From positions 75,764,001 through 75,828,000 of the forward strand of contig CM052852.1 of the NCBI GenBank assembly GCA_028534125.1: 64,000 nucleotides of DNA, read 5' to 3'. The notes under the pieces are model-generated. The model was not told the origin of the DNA. It saw only the letters and a program-made list of their open reading frames with translations, and ran no database searches. Position numbers and translations under genes: made by a program. The DNA comes from Lama glama (taxonomy: Eukaryota). The first letter of the stretch is position 1. The number at the start of each line of letters is the position of its first letter. Below, piece by piece: positions 47,075 to 59,000 of this stretch.

Positions 47075-50000
47075 GTGAGTCCCAGGGAGCTGAATATTTT
47101 GCTATCCCTTTTCAGTGGGATAGGGTGGGGGTTGTATAGGTCTTGGCTTAGGGCTGCTTCTCCTTAGGACGGTCAGGAACGGTGAAGTTTAAGGAAGCCC
47201 ATAGTTTTGAGGCAAGCAGTGATCCCCAGTACCCCATCACACCCTAAACTGCTGGACTGAAGGAGGAAGCCCCTCTTCTTGTGCAACAAAGATAAAGCAA
47301 GGGGAAGAAGCCAGAGAATAAGGGGCTTTCTAAATTTTTCCTTGGGAGACCAGAATTTGAACAGACTATTTGGAGTCTGGGAGTGGAGGTTTCCTTCCGA
47401 TACCAAGGAATTTAGCCAAGAGAGAAGGGAAGGGGAAACGAAAGGCACTGCCTACCCAGCTGTCTCGATCCCTTTGGGTGGTAGCTTCTTAGGAACCCAG
47501 CTGCTCTTTTTCCAAAGCAGAAATTCCAGACTATAGCTAAAATCATCAAATCCTAGACAGTAGCTGGGAGGAGTCCTAGACTTCACCTCTCCAGAACCCC
47601 TCATTAGGTAAAGGACGCCTTTGGGGCTCAGAGCACAGGAGTGACTTGCAAGTTAGTGGAGGAGCCAAAGTGAGAATGCAAGTTTCCTCACTTCCAATCT
47701 TGTGCTCTTTCCATTTCCATATTTGCAGCGTGCAACTCCTTAACCCTCCAGCCCTCCACCACCCACTGCCACCCTGCTTTGCACTTACTTTGCTATAAAT
47801 CATTAATACAAACCACATGCAGTACTTTAGGGGGGAGGTATATTCTGAAATCTCCCACACACCGGGCTGTGATCTGAACCCCCGGAGGAAACAAACCTTA
47901 ATCCATCTTTCTTGGGGAATGGCCAGTTATGTAACCAGCAAGCTAAGTGAAGACGGTCAACAGTTAGCAGAGGAAGGCACATATTCTTCTAAGCCCACAT
48001 CAACTTGTGGAGGGCTTCTCTTGACTGCCCAGCCACAATTTGTACAATCTCTCTTTTGACATCCCCAGAGTCCCTTCCAGCAATCAGAGTGGTCACAGTC
48101 TGTAGGGCATATGTAACTAGTGCTTACTTGGCTTCCTTTCTATGTAATGCTGCTGACATGTTGTGTATAATTTCAATTATTTGTCAACTGGTTTGGGTTT
48201 TAAATGCATCAGAGGAATCTTGCTCTTTATAGGGAATACTTGATCAAATTTAAAAAGAAATTATTCGATGCAGTGAGTAATCATGTGCTAATGTCTCTTT
48301 TAAAATTAACTAACCGTTTGAATGTTTACAGGGTGTTACTCAATGCAGGGCACAAATTTATCCTTCGGGTCATACTGCTTGTTTATACATTTGTTTATAT
48401 GTTTATATATTTAGAGTGCTCAAAATGGAGCCACCTTCTGCCCTTCAGACTCTTCCCTTTTAGGGCAACGTGATGGCCCCAGCACCCACCCACAACTCTC
48501 TCCCAGCACAGACACTATCACATGAGGGCGGTACCACTTTAGGAAACTGACAAAAACAGACCCTCTCATTACCAAAGGATTCCCTACTGGATTCCGTTAA
48601 ATAGTTGGTTGCACAAAAGTGCCTCTGTTGCAGAAGGTGAGGTTCTCCTATACCGGGAAGCAGGGAGAGGGAAAAAGATATTTGAGGTTTCTGAAGCTCA
48701 GGCAGTATGAGAGCTGTGGGGAAATTAGCACTGAGAAGGTTAATTCTTCCCAGGAGGGTAAAGCTTTAATGACAAGCCATCTTTAATGAGATTAGCGTGA
48801 GAGCTCATATCTACAAATAAGATCAGGCTGAGGCCAAAGCCAGCTGCCTCCTCTGTGGAGCAGAGGTGGAGGGCAGGCGAATAGGCAACAAGGAGAGAAA
48901 AGGAAGGTGTTTAGAAAATATAAAAGGAACATAAATTCCTCCACGTTGAAATGTTACACTTCAAATTCCCTGAGATTCTCGGTTGCAGATTCTCTGGGGG
49001 CCATGATGACTACCCACTACAGTCCACATGACTACTGAGGTGAGGGACCAGGCTTTGTGAGAGCATCCCCCCAGAGTCCTGGCTCAGGAGCTTTAAGTCA
49101 GCCATTGACACTTGCTTAGACCCCACTGGTGTCCTAGCTGTGGGTTCCACACTGTGGAGGGCCATCAAGGAGTTAGAAAACATGGACCCTGCCCCCTGGT
49201 GCTCAGAATGTAGGTCTGGAGGTCAAATGGGTACATATGATCACACACAAGTGAAAGAGACTTAAGAATAACTATTGACCCATTCAGCATTGAGTGATGG
49301 GGTTTATTTTCCTAAGCCTTACCCTGTGAGTCTGTCAGAGTTAGAAATCTTCGATTATAAGCACCTACCATCCCTTGGGAACACAGAATCTAACACACTA
49401 TTGTGCACCACAAATCTGCTAAACCACCCCTAAGCACCTGTGCTCAGTGTGATAGAAGAGAAACATCACTGTCCATGGTATGGAGAGATAGGGGTTCTGA
49501 GACTGTCAACTCTCTCATGAACTTGCTGTGTGACTTTGGCTAGATCCTGCCCCTTCTCTGGGCCTCACAAGTGAATCTTCAAGGTCCCTGTTGGTTTTGA
49601 TAATGGTGCATGATGCAAAGCTGTACGTTTGAACAAATTAGAGAGCAATTCAAGAGTGCTTCTAATCTAGAGCTCGACAGCGCTAGGCCAACTGAATGCT
49701 GAGACTAGAGTCCTGTCATTCTGTATCACTGTTACTGATTCTGAACAATCCAGTTTTCTGAAACCACCCCCCTCCCAAACAGCAGCACTTCTAGCCGAGC
49801 GTCCTCTAAATGGCCTTTGAGGAATCAGGCAGGGAGGGGGCAGCACAGAGCCCCAGGCCTCTATCATTTGACACATCCAAGCCCAACAGGTGCACAGGCC
49901 CCGCCACTCTTCAGATTTGGACAGCAGAGAGGAGGGAGGGTGGCCTTGGCAGATCCACAGAGAGCAGAGATCCAACTCTCCAGCCTGTGGCCCAGAGACA

Positions 50001-53000
50001 TTTGAAATGCCATTTGGTGAAGTCTGGGTTTTTCCTTTTTTGTTTCAATTTTCTTAGAACCACTCGGAGAAGATTACAGTTTCAGACCTCAAGTAATGGC
50101 TGCAATCAGTCAATCAACAAATATGTGCTGAGCATTTGCTACGTGCCCAGATTTTTGCCTAGGGTATGGCATTGGGGGTGGGATGACTAAGGAAGTATCA
50201 GTTGGCGTCCCAGGTGGTCTGTCCAACCAGCTTAAGGCAGGAAGAGGTTCCAGCGTGGGCAACAGTCAGAGAGGCAGCAAGTAACCTCTATCTCTTGTTT
50301 CTGTTGGGAAGACAGTCTGTTTTGAGGAGGGGTGCAGCAGCTGGCCTCTCGTCCTGATGTCCCTCCCAGGCTATTTTTAGGCACAACTTAGGACAGTGAG
50401 GTTGAGCAGCTGAAAGTGTACAGGGTGTTACAACAAAGCTGGCTTGGGCTGAAAACTTGCCATCATGGACACAAGTGTCTAAAACTACTCCATCCTCCAG
50501 TGTTGAGCTCAGCTCTGCCCTGACAGGCCAGACAAAGTTAAGCGGGAAGCCAAGGCTTCAGGACAGAGCAGTGACATGAGCAGTCCTAGGGGAAGAGCCC
50601 AAATGTCTGAAGCTGAGAATAAGACTTGCACCTCTATGGAAAGAATATTGGGTCAAAATGGGTCATAGAAAGATATTTCCTGCAAAAGAACAGAGAGAAA
50701 GAAAATCTGCCTCTTGTAACAACAGGTATGTTTATGGGTAAGTGGACATCTGAAGCATCTCCAAATATTGAGTCATTTTCCATTTATTTTTGGCTGGTGA
50801 GATGGGCCCCTGGAGATTTCCTTTTCCAAAAAGGGGACTATGTTTTGTCACTGTTTCAGGACGATCAGGATGAAGTGAACCAGAACTACTTAGCAGATGA
50901 AGAGGAAGAAGCAGAAGAAGAGGCTCGGGTGATGGTAGTACCCAATTTGAAGGAGGAGGAGGAAGAAGAGGAGGAGAAAGAAAAGGAGGAAAAGGAGGAA
51001 GAGAGTCAGGGTCAGGAAACAAGCAATGCCTGGTGGCAAAAATTGCACATTGTGAACGAATACCTGTGGGATCCGGAGAAAAGGATGTCTCTGGCCCGAA
51101 CAGGTCAGAGTTGGAGTAAGTCCCAGTTGTCCCAAAGCCTTAGTCAGGTGTCCTTTGCTTTTGGCCTGGTGTCCGGAATTCCTTTACTATACGTTGGATG
51201 GGCTTGTCTGCAAACTTCTCTTAGCATTTCCTGTACCGGGATCAATGCCTGGGGAAGTAAGGAGCAGATACCATCAGAACACACTCCAAGTGGATGAACA
51301 AACTTGATTGTACAGCTGAAATCCTCTGGGCTCAATAGCACTTGCAGGGCAGAGAGACAGTGAGAATGAGATGGAAAGGTGCAGATTTTGTTTTAAGCCC
51401 CAGCCCTGTCACTTTCTACCTGTATAAGTCTGGGCTCATCATTAATCCTCTGTGAGCCCCAGTTTCCTCACCTGCGAGATGAGGGAAACAGTATCTGACT
51501 TTCCTCCCTCACAAGATCAGCCTGAGGCTCCAAAAAGCTGTTAAAATTGTTAAGTCAAAAGTACTATGGAGAAGACTATTTCTAGGACATGAGACTCAAG
51601 TCCCTACTAAAGTGACCAAGGGTTTATAAAGCCTCAACATTTCCCCTAGTAATGTCAGAGAAGGAGAGCCAGGTCTGCCCCTGGGCCCAGCTTGTGGGTG
51701 CTTTATGCTCCCATGGTGTCTACAGAGAAATGGGTCAAAGGGACCATTTCTAGTGAGTTAAGTCTGAGCCTCCTCCCCTATATTGCTTGATCAATAGCAG
51801 AACTGCAACCCTTAGCATCTCCCCTTTGTACCACACGCTGCCACCCTTTCTACTTCACAACTTCCCCAGCACTCCTCGCCCCGGGTCCTACTCACCTCTT
51901 GAACTATTAATGCTGATCCTCCTCAGGAGATTTAGCTTGTGGTAAAATTCATACTCGCCACACTCTCTGCACTTCTCAGAAAAAGAACAGCTGCTGGTTT
52001 GGAACTCAGTGAACCCAGAGGAGAAGCGAAAAACAGATAACTCTATGGATGGAATAAGAGTCCTCCAGTGCCAAGGGTCTTGGGTGCTAAAGTTGATGGT
52101 CATGCCTTCTAAAGGCCTCCTGGCTGAGAATTCTCCCCTTTGTAGTTTCTGTTTCTAATTCAGCTCAGTCTGGGTGAAACAGCCCACCCTGCTTCCTGGT
52201 ATTAGGAATAGCAGGTGTGGGGCTCTGAACAACACCCACTTCCCTTCACCCCACTTCAGTTCCCAGCCCCACCCCTGCCCATCCCTCGAACTCTCAACTG
52301 GAACAAATGTACCATTCAAGGAACATTCTGACATTCTGGAAAGCTGCAGACAAATGCTGGACACTCATTGGGGTTCCAAAGGGGGCACAGCTGTTTCTCC
52401 CTTGCCTAAAGAGGACTGGAAAAACAGGCCTTGTGAAATGCAAGTCTGATTCTGGAAGAGGGAGCCCTATGTTAACCTGTAAACAGCCAGCCAGTGGAAC
52501 ATCATCAGATGAGCTGATCCAAACTGTGCCTGTGTAGAACAGTCCATAGGCCAATAAGTGGGCATGAGGGAGGAAGGTTCAAGTGCCCAGGGAAGATACA
52601 GCAGTGGGGAGACTGTAGGCCACATTCAGGCCTCTGGGTAGCGGGTTTAAGGAGAGTCCAGGAACTCAGGCTTCTTCTGTGGGGCTACCCTGGGCAAAGA
52701 GCAAATAGTGATGTTAACACCTAAGCCACCACATGGCTCGCTGCCCTCCTGCTTGAGAACTGGGTGCCACTTAAGCACTTACTAACCCTGTCCCAGCCTG
52801 GACATCACCATGACCAATATATTCACCCAGCCTATTATTATATTCTGGGCTTTCCCTTTGATAGCAGGGCCACCTCTATTCTTAGGAGCTATATGTTATT
52901 TTATTGGGTACTGACAAGAACCGTATGAGGTAGTAATATTATTATCCCCATTTTACAGATGCAGAAACTGAGGCTTAGAGAGGGTAAGTAACTTATCTAA

Positions 53001-56000
53001 AGTCACACAGTTAATAAGTGGCAGTACTGGGATTCAAACCCAGGTTGGACGAACACTGGAGTTCACTGTCTGGCCAGAACACCACACTGTCTTCGTGAAC
53101 TCCAGCAATGAGCAAGGCCCTAATGGACAGGGCCTCAGGGCCTGATGGCGTGTTTTAGTGGAAGGAGTGAAGAGTTGGGATCGTGGGTACCTAGTCTATT
53201 CAAGACACACTGGTCTATCCAAGCTTGGGTGGGGCATTCAGGAGAAAACCCTGGATTACCCAGAGGAGCAGCTCAAGTAGAAATTGATCATTCAGAGCAG
53301 GAAGGGTTGGAGGGTCAATGGGTTCAGGTGGTTACAGTGCTTGGTTTTGCTGGGGGGTGCAGTGTAGCTGAGACAGCCCATCACAGGCTGCAGGGCACAG
53401 ACTCCTGGGTAAAGCTGAGGGGACTCACTGCTAGTGCCACTCTCCCATCTACAGCTTCCTGCCACACAGCCTGGGCAAGAAGGAAGGTATCTCCAAGGCA
53501 CATACGTGTATTCTACTGCTTTCCTTTCATCCCTGAAACTGAGCCTTCTGGTCCCCCACGATGGCTCCAGCTGTTGATCTGTTCCCACGATGGGGACGGG
53601 GTTAGAGGAATGGAGGGGGCACAGGGCATAGCCCATTAGGACAGCTGGTGGGTAGCAGCCAAGTATCACAGGCACACAAAGTGCTGCTGCTGCTTCTCCA
53701 GGGATTCCAACCGAATCAACGCGTTCATGTTTCAGTTCTGCCTCAGTTCATCTTATAAAACCTAAAGGTTCACTTCCAGTGAGATTATTAAGAATTCCTT
53801 TTCTCCTTTCTCCACTCCTTTTTGTTGTTGTTGTTGTTCATTTTATTTGGTTCACAGTTCAATTTAAAAATTAATATTTGGATTTGGTCTGGAGTACAGC
53901 AGTTATGTCATTTGTTCCAGTTTCTGGTTCATGATGCAGTTCAAATCTGTAGTTCTGACATCATGTCACTGCTGTGAGCAGAGCTAGATATTATTTCCTG
54001 CGAGAGCTCCAAGAAGGACTTAAAAAGAGCTTCTCAGCGGCAATCTCTCACTCATTCACTCACTCTCCGCTGCCTAATCCTGGGGCAAACCTAGTACTAA
54101 TCCAGCCCACAGAGGAGGAATTCACACAACTTTGCTTCTGGTCCTATAGCAATAATAGTATTCATAATAACAATGGTGAAGACTGCCATTTATAGAGCAC
54201 TTAGTATCTGCCAGGCTCTGTGCTGTGCTATTTATATGCATTATTCAATGTTAAGAAGTAAAGACTGTTATTATCCTCATTTTACAGATGAGGAAATTGA
54301 GGCCCAGAGAGATAAATAGCAGGTCTAAGATTAAACAGGACAGGATGTAAGAAAAGGCTGAATTTCAAATATTGCTAGGGATATAGATCAGAATATGAAG
54401 TAAGCACTAAATTTATCCCATTTTTACCGGCGGGGAATCGGGGGTGCCGAGAAGTTTTATAACTTGCCCAAGCTCACAGGTGGAGCTCACGGGCAGCAAG
54501 TGTCAGTAATTAAGTACAGTTCCTCCCTTCCCCATCCTGTGTTAGTGTTCTCTTTGAAAAGCAGAGCCACTTAAACTTTTGCCAAAGATGAGTAAGATTT
54601 GAAATACATAGAGTGAAGCCTCACTTTGCCTTCATTAGAGGCAAGTCCAGTGGAAAGGAATCAAAAGTTTGAATTATAGGCTATGTGAAAAGAAATGCTG
54701 TTTTCATCACTTGCAAATATATATAATCACTGGAACCAAGCTGCTAGGACTCTTTAGGGCACATGCTTTAATGAATAGCGAAGAATGATTTGTACTTAGG
54801 ACATCAACAGTAGCCCAGAGGACTCCCAAGCAATTTGCCCTCTGCAGTACTTTAAACTCCACTCCCCTGTAATCTTGTTCATGGTCATCATTTGCTCAGC
54901 AAGCCCTTCCATTGGAGATGCTGTAAAGTAAACTGCAATCAGACCCCTGACACAATTCTCACCAATTCCAAATTGGTGAAATATGAATAAGCAAGGACAT
55001 ACTGAATCTGGGGGATTTAGAAAAAGCCATGTCACATGTATGGATTGGTTGTGCTTCAATGAGTTCAAATGTGGAGGCAGGGCTTGTTGGCCAGCACTGA
55101 CCACTCTCATCTCTGATTGTTCTGCAGGCCTGATCTTAGTCATTTACTTCTTCTTCTATGCCTCCCTGGCTGCTGTGATCACCCTCTGCATGTACACGCT
55201 ATTTCTAACCATCAGTCCTTACATGCCGACCTTCACCGAGAGGGTGAAGCCTCCTGGTGAGTGCCCAAATACCCTGTGCTGTCAGAACTTGCTGGACAGA
55301 AACCTGCTTGCACAGCATGTTCAGGCTCAATTAACTTTGGCTCTTCCCGGTAATGATTTCGGGATTCAATTATTAAGAGTAAAAGTAAAATGGTACTTGG
55401 CAAATTATGGTCCTTTTCATTTTGATTGCCTGGGGGGAAATGGTTTCATGGGAATCGATACAAAAAAATTNNNNNNNNNNNNNNNNNNNNNNNNNNNNNN
55501 NNNNNNNNNNNNNNNNNNNNNNNNNNNNNNNNNNNNNNNNNNNNNNNNNNNNNNNNNNNNNNNNNNNNNNNNNNNNNNNNNNNNNNNNNNNNNNNNNNNN
55601 NNNNNNNNNNNNNNNNNNNNNNNNNNNNNNNNNNAACAGTGGGAATACGTTTGGAGAGGTGATGGGTGGGAATTCAAAGTTCAAAATTCACTTGGCCCAA
55701 AAATCCCAGACTTACTAACACAGCCCATCTTAGTTTTTCCTTATCTTACATCCCCCTCAATGCATGCAGATACAATCAAAAACGGCTCTGCATTGTGATT
55801 TGTATGTTGCCTTGAAAAGCATATAAGCCAACTCTCCAGCAAAACATGTTCAATGGGGCAGAGAACTTGTTTTCTCCCCCCTAAACAGCCTACAGCACCT
55901 AGTTATGTCCTGGACACATCCCAGTGGCTCAATAATGATCAATTACAAAAGATAATTCTGGAGGGGGAGGTAGTGGTCAGAAAAAAAGAGTGTTCTCCAG

Positions 56001-59000
56001 AACTGGAAGATCCCTGCCTCCCGTCCTCTTTCAAGGTAAGAGAATTCATTTCCTGGAGGTGATCCATCTCAGGAAGAGAGCAAGGGTCTTTATCTAAATA
56101 GCAGTCCATAAGGGAGTTAGAAGGATAATCTCTGGATGGCAGTGACTCCAACATTTTGATGGCAAGTGTTTTCAAGATGCCTATCTCTATAGCATCATCA
56201 GATACATTTTTAAGGACAAATGAATGGCTTTTTGAGAAGCCTTACACCGGGTGAAAACTGAGGTAGCAGCTTGGTTAACATTAAACACCAAGCACATGGG
56301 CTCTGGATTTATCTGGCTATCAAAGAGGAGCTCCAGTGGGTTTACACTGCTGCACCTATTATTTGTGCGGGGCGGAGTGGGGAGCAGTTAGACTCGTTTG
56401 GATTTCCTGGCTGAAGTGGGGTGATAGGGATGGCCAATAGAAAATGCACTGAATTAAGATGATTCGCTTATGTGATAGGAGGTGTTATTTAAGTGCATAA
56501 ATGTTGTCAAAGAACTTTAACCCTGCATAGCAGAGTCTATACATTTGCAAATGGGGGAACTGAGGCTCAGAACTGGGAAGAAGCCTGATCAAAGTCTCCC
56601 AGCAGCAGAACCAGTGGTTAAACCCACGTCCCTGTTCTTAACACCCTTGCTACTCAAAGTGTGATCCAGGGACCAGAAGCATCAGCATTACTTGGGAGTT
56701 TGTTAGAAAGGCAGAATCTCAGGCCTCACCCAGACTTGCTGAATCAGGATCTGCATTTTAGTAAGATCCACAGGTGATTTGTATGACCTTTAAAGCTTGA
56801 GAAGTGCTGCTTTTCATAATTCTTTGTCACTTCCAAATGACCAGGAGTTAGAAAATCAGCTTTGTATCAGTAATGTTCAGTGTTATCTTGGGTAAGTCTG
56901 AGTGTCACACTCCTTACCTGTAAAATGAGGGGGGCTGGGTTCTTTCTGAGTCCATGTAGTTCCAGTTTGGACTCCCAAAAATGTTTTGGGCATCGTAGCC
57001 AGCACAATATCTTTTTTTCTTTCAAATGCTTGTGAGCTATCGCATATATATTGCCAGAATCTTTGCTGAGAAAATCCCTCCAAGAAGGTAGCAGATGCAG
57101 AAATATCAATTCTGACCTGATGACAGAGATGGGGAACATTAGGAAAAGCATTGAGTTTTTTAGTTCCTAAGTAGATAATATGCCCTGTTTAAAAAGAACA
57201 CATCTCTGAAATAGACATCCCGGAGTATCAATTTCATTCCCATGAGGACAGGGATTTTGCAATAAGGGTCATGCCCATGTCACATTATTTTTAACGGAAC
57301 TACCTGAAGAGAAACAATGAGCACATGATTAGAGTTTGTATTTAGGAAGTTATTATTTGAGCATAGTTCTTGTTCTTAAAAAAGAGACAGATGAAAACAA
57401 AACCTTCAATTGAATGTAGCTTTATCAAAGGAAAAATAAAAGCTTAGCCATAATTGTAATAGATTTAAAATTCCCAGTTGCTTCTAATATCAAACCCAAG
57501 TCATAATGAGGATCCAGCAGCACATTTGGAGTTCTACCTCTGGTGGATCATAGGTGTACAATCTCCTCTGAAAAACTGGGCTTCTTGGAACATGAATGTA
57601 TGGGGGCTAGATCTAACAGTACTAACTGGATTTTATCATTTAGAACCAAATTGGAAATAAGACAGTAATTTCTAAAGCCCAGTTCTAGGGCATCTATTAG
57701 CCCAAGGAGTCAGGTCACAGGTAGCCCTCTCTCCCTGATATGTTACCTTGGACATATGTTACATTCCCCTCAATGTAAAGGGACATTAACTCTGAGTGCC
57801 TCAGGTCTCAGGAGACAAGATCTCACCCCTTTGCCCTCTCAGTGGAGACCCTGTGGTTGTCATTTTCTATTTTTCAACCTAAGCTTCTATTTTGCAATGC
57901 TAGCTTCCCTCTGTAAAGAATGAGGAGCTGGTTTATCTCCTCTTCTTCTCCCTTCCTCCTGTCCTACAACACACAATTCTCACTCTTGCTCTGGGGGCCT
58001 TTCATGACCTGAAAGGGAGATGTCTCCTAGGCTGAACTTAAAGAGATCTAACCCAGAAGCTTTGCCTCCTTATTATATGTGCCACACCTTGATATGACTC
58101 AGTCCCTTTTCCAAAATCTGTCTACTATGTGCCTATTCCTCTCCCAGAAGTAGAAGAGGCAGTTCCCCAAGTTCACAATTAACCATATCAGAAAAGAAAT
58201 GGTGGAAAAATAGAAAAAAGTTATAAAGCGGCCAACATACAATCCAGAGATGGATATCAAACAACTTCCAAGGGAATGAGATGCAAGGGGACAGCTGATC
58301 CAAGTAGGCTGAGGGGACCAGCCCAGAAGGCTTCTTGGAGGGATGTTGCTGGTGAAGGGCCTTGGGCATCACAGGGCCTAGGACAAAGTGAGTGGGCTTT
58401 CAGAGGAGCACAAGCATGCTGGACAAAGGAAACTAGAAGGAGAGTGATGGAAAACATGGCCTTCCCCCGTAGCACCTGTCTAACATGACCCTTTGCCACT
58501 CACACATGCTTTAGGTTATAATGACAGTCTTCAAGAGGAAATGAATGTAGATTGTCCTCCGGGCCAGTACTTCATCCAAGATGGTGATGAGGATGAGGAC
58601 AAGAAAGCCTGCCAATTTAAGCGCTCCTTCCTGAAGAACTGCTCTGGCCTGGAGGACCCTACTTTTGGCTACTCTACTGGACAGCCCTGCATCCTTCTAA
58701 AGATGAACCGGGTATATTGGCCCTTGATGCTCTGGCGATAAGTGGATGAGCTGGGTAGGAGGGCTCTGGCCACTCCATTTCTCTTGGGCTCTGTCTTCAG
58801 ACACTGTAAGTTTGGCCATTTTTACCAACAGCGTCAGTAACACAAACAACTGGACAAACCTACCAAGCAATAATTCTCCCTGAACACTTCCTATTTGATT
58901 CTTCTCCCACATCCCTAAACCTGCCCTTTGATGCTTCTGTCGGGAATGAGATCCTGAACTGACATGAGGGTGGGGTGGGAGACAATTCTTATATCACAGA

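Noticed and set aside
50626-51297. 223-aa single-exon ORF
   Set aside because: Only 50860-51115 is coding (ATP1B4 exon 2); the rest is intronic read-through. The same applies to ORFs 54983..55798, 58493..58741 and 61567..61761
51888-52103. Antisense exon in ATP1B4 intron 2 (minus-strand GAG|gtgagt near 51895)
   Set aside because: Good donor but no convincing acceptor; an isolated donor consensus is expected by chance
56200-56480. Possible ATP1B4 exon 4 (AATGGCTTTTTG and TTATGTGAT resemble parts of it)
   Set aside because: Matches are short, in the wrong order and spacing, lack splice sites and give no MIRP/FNVS peptide
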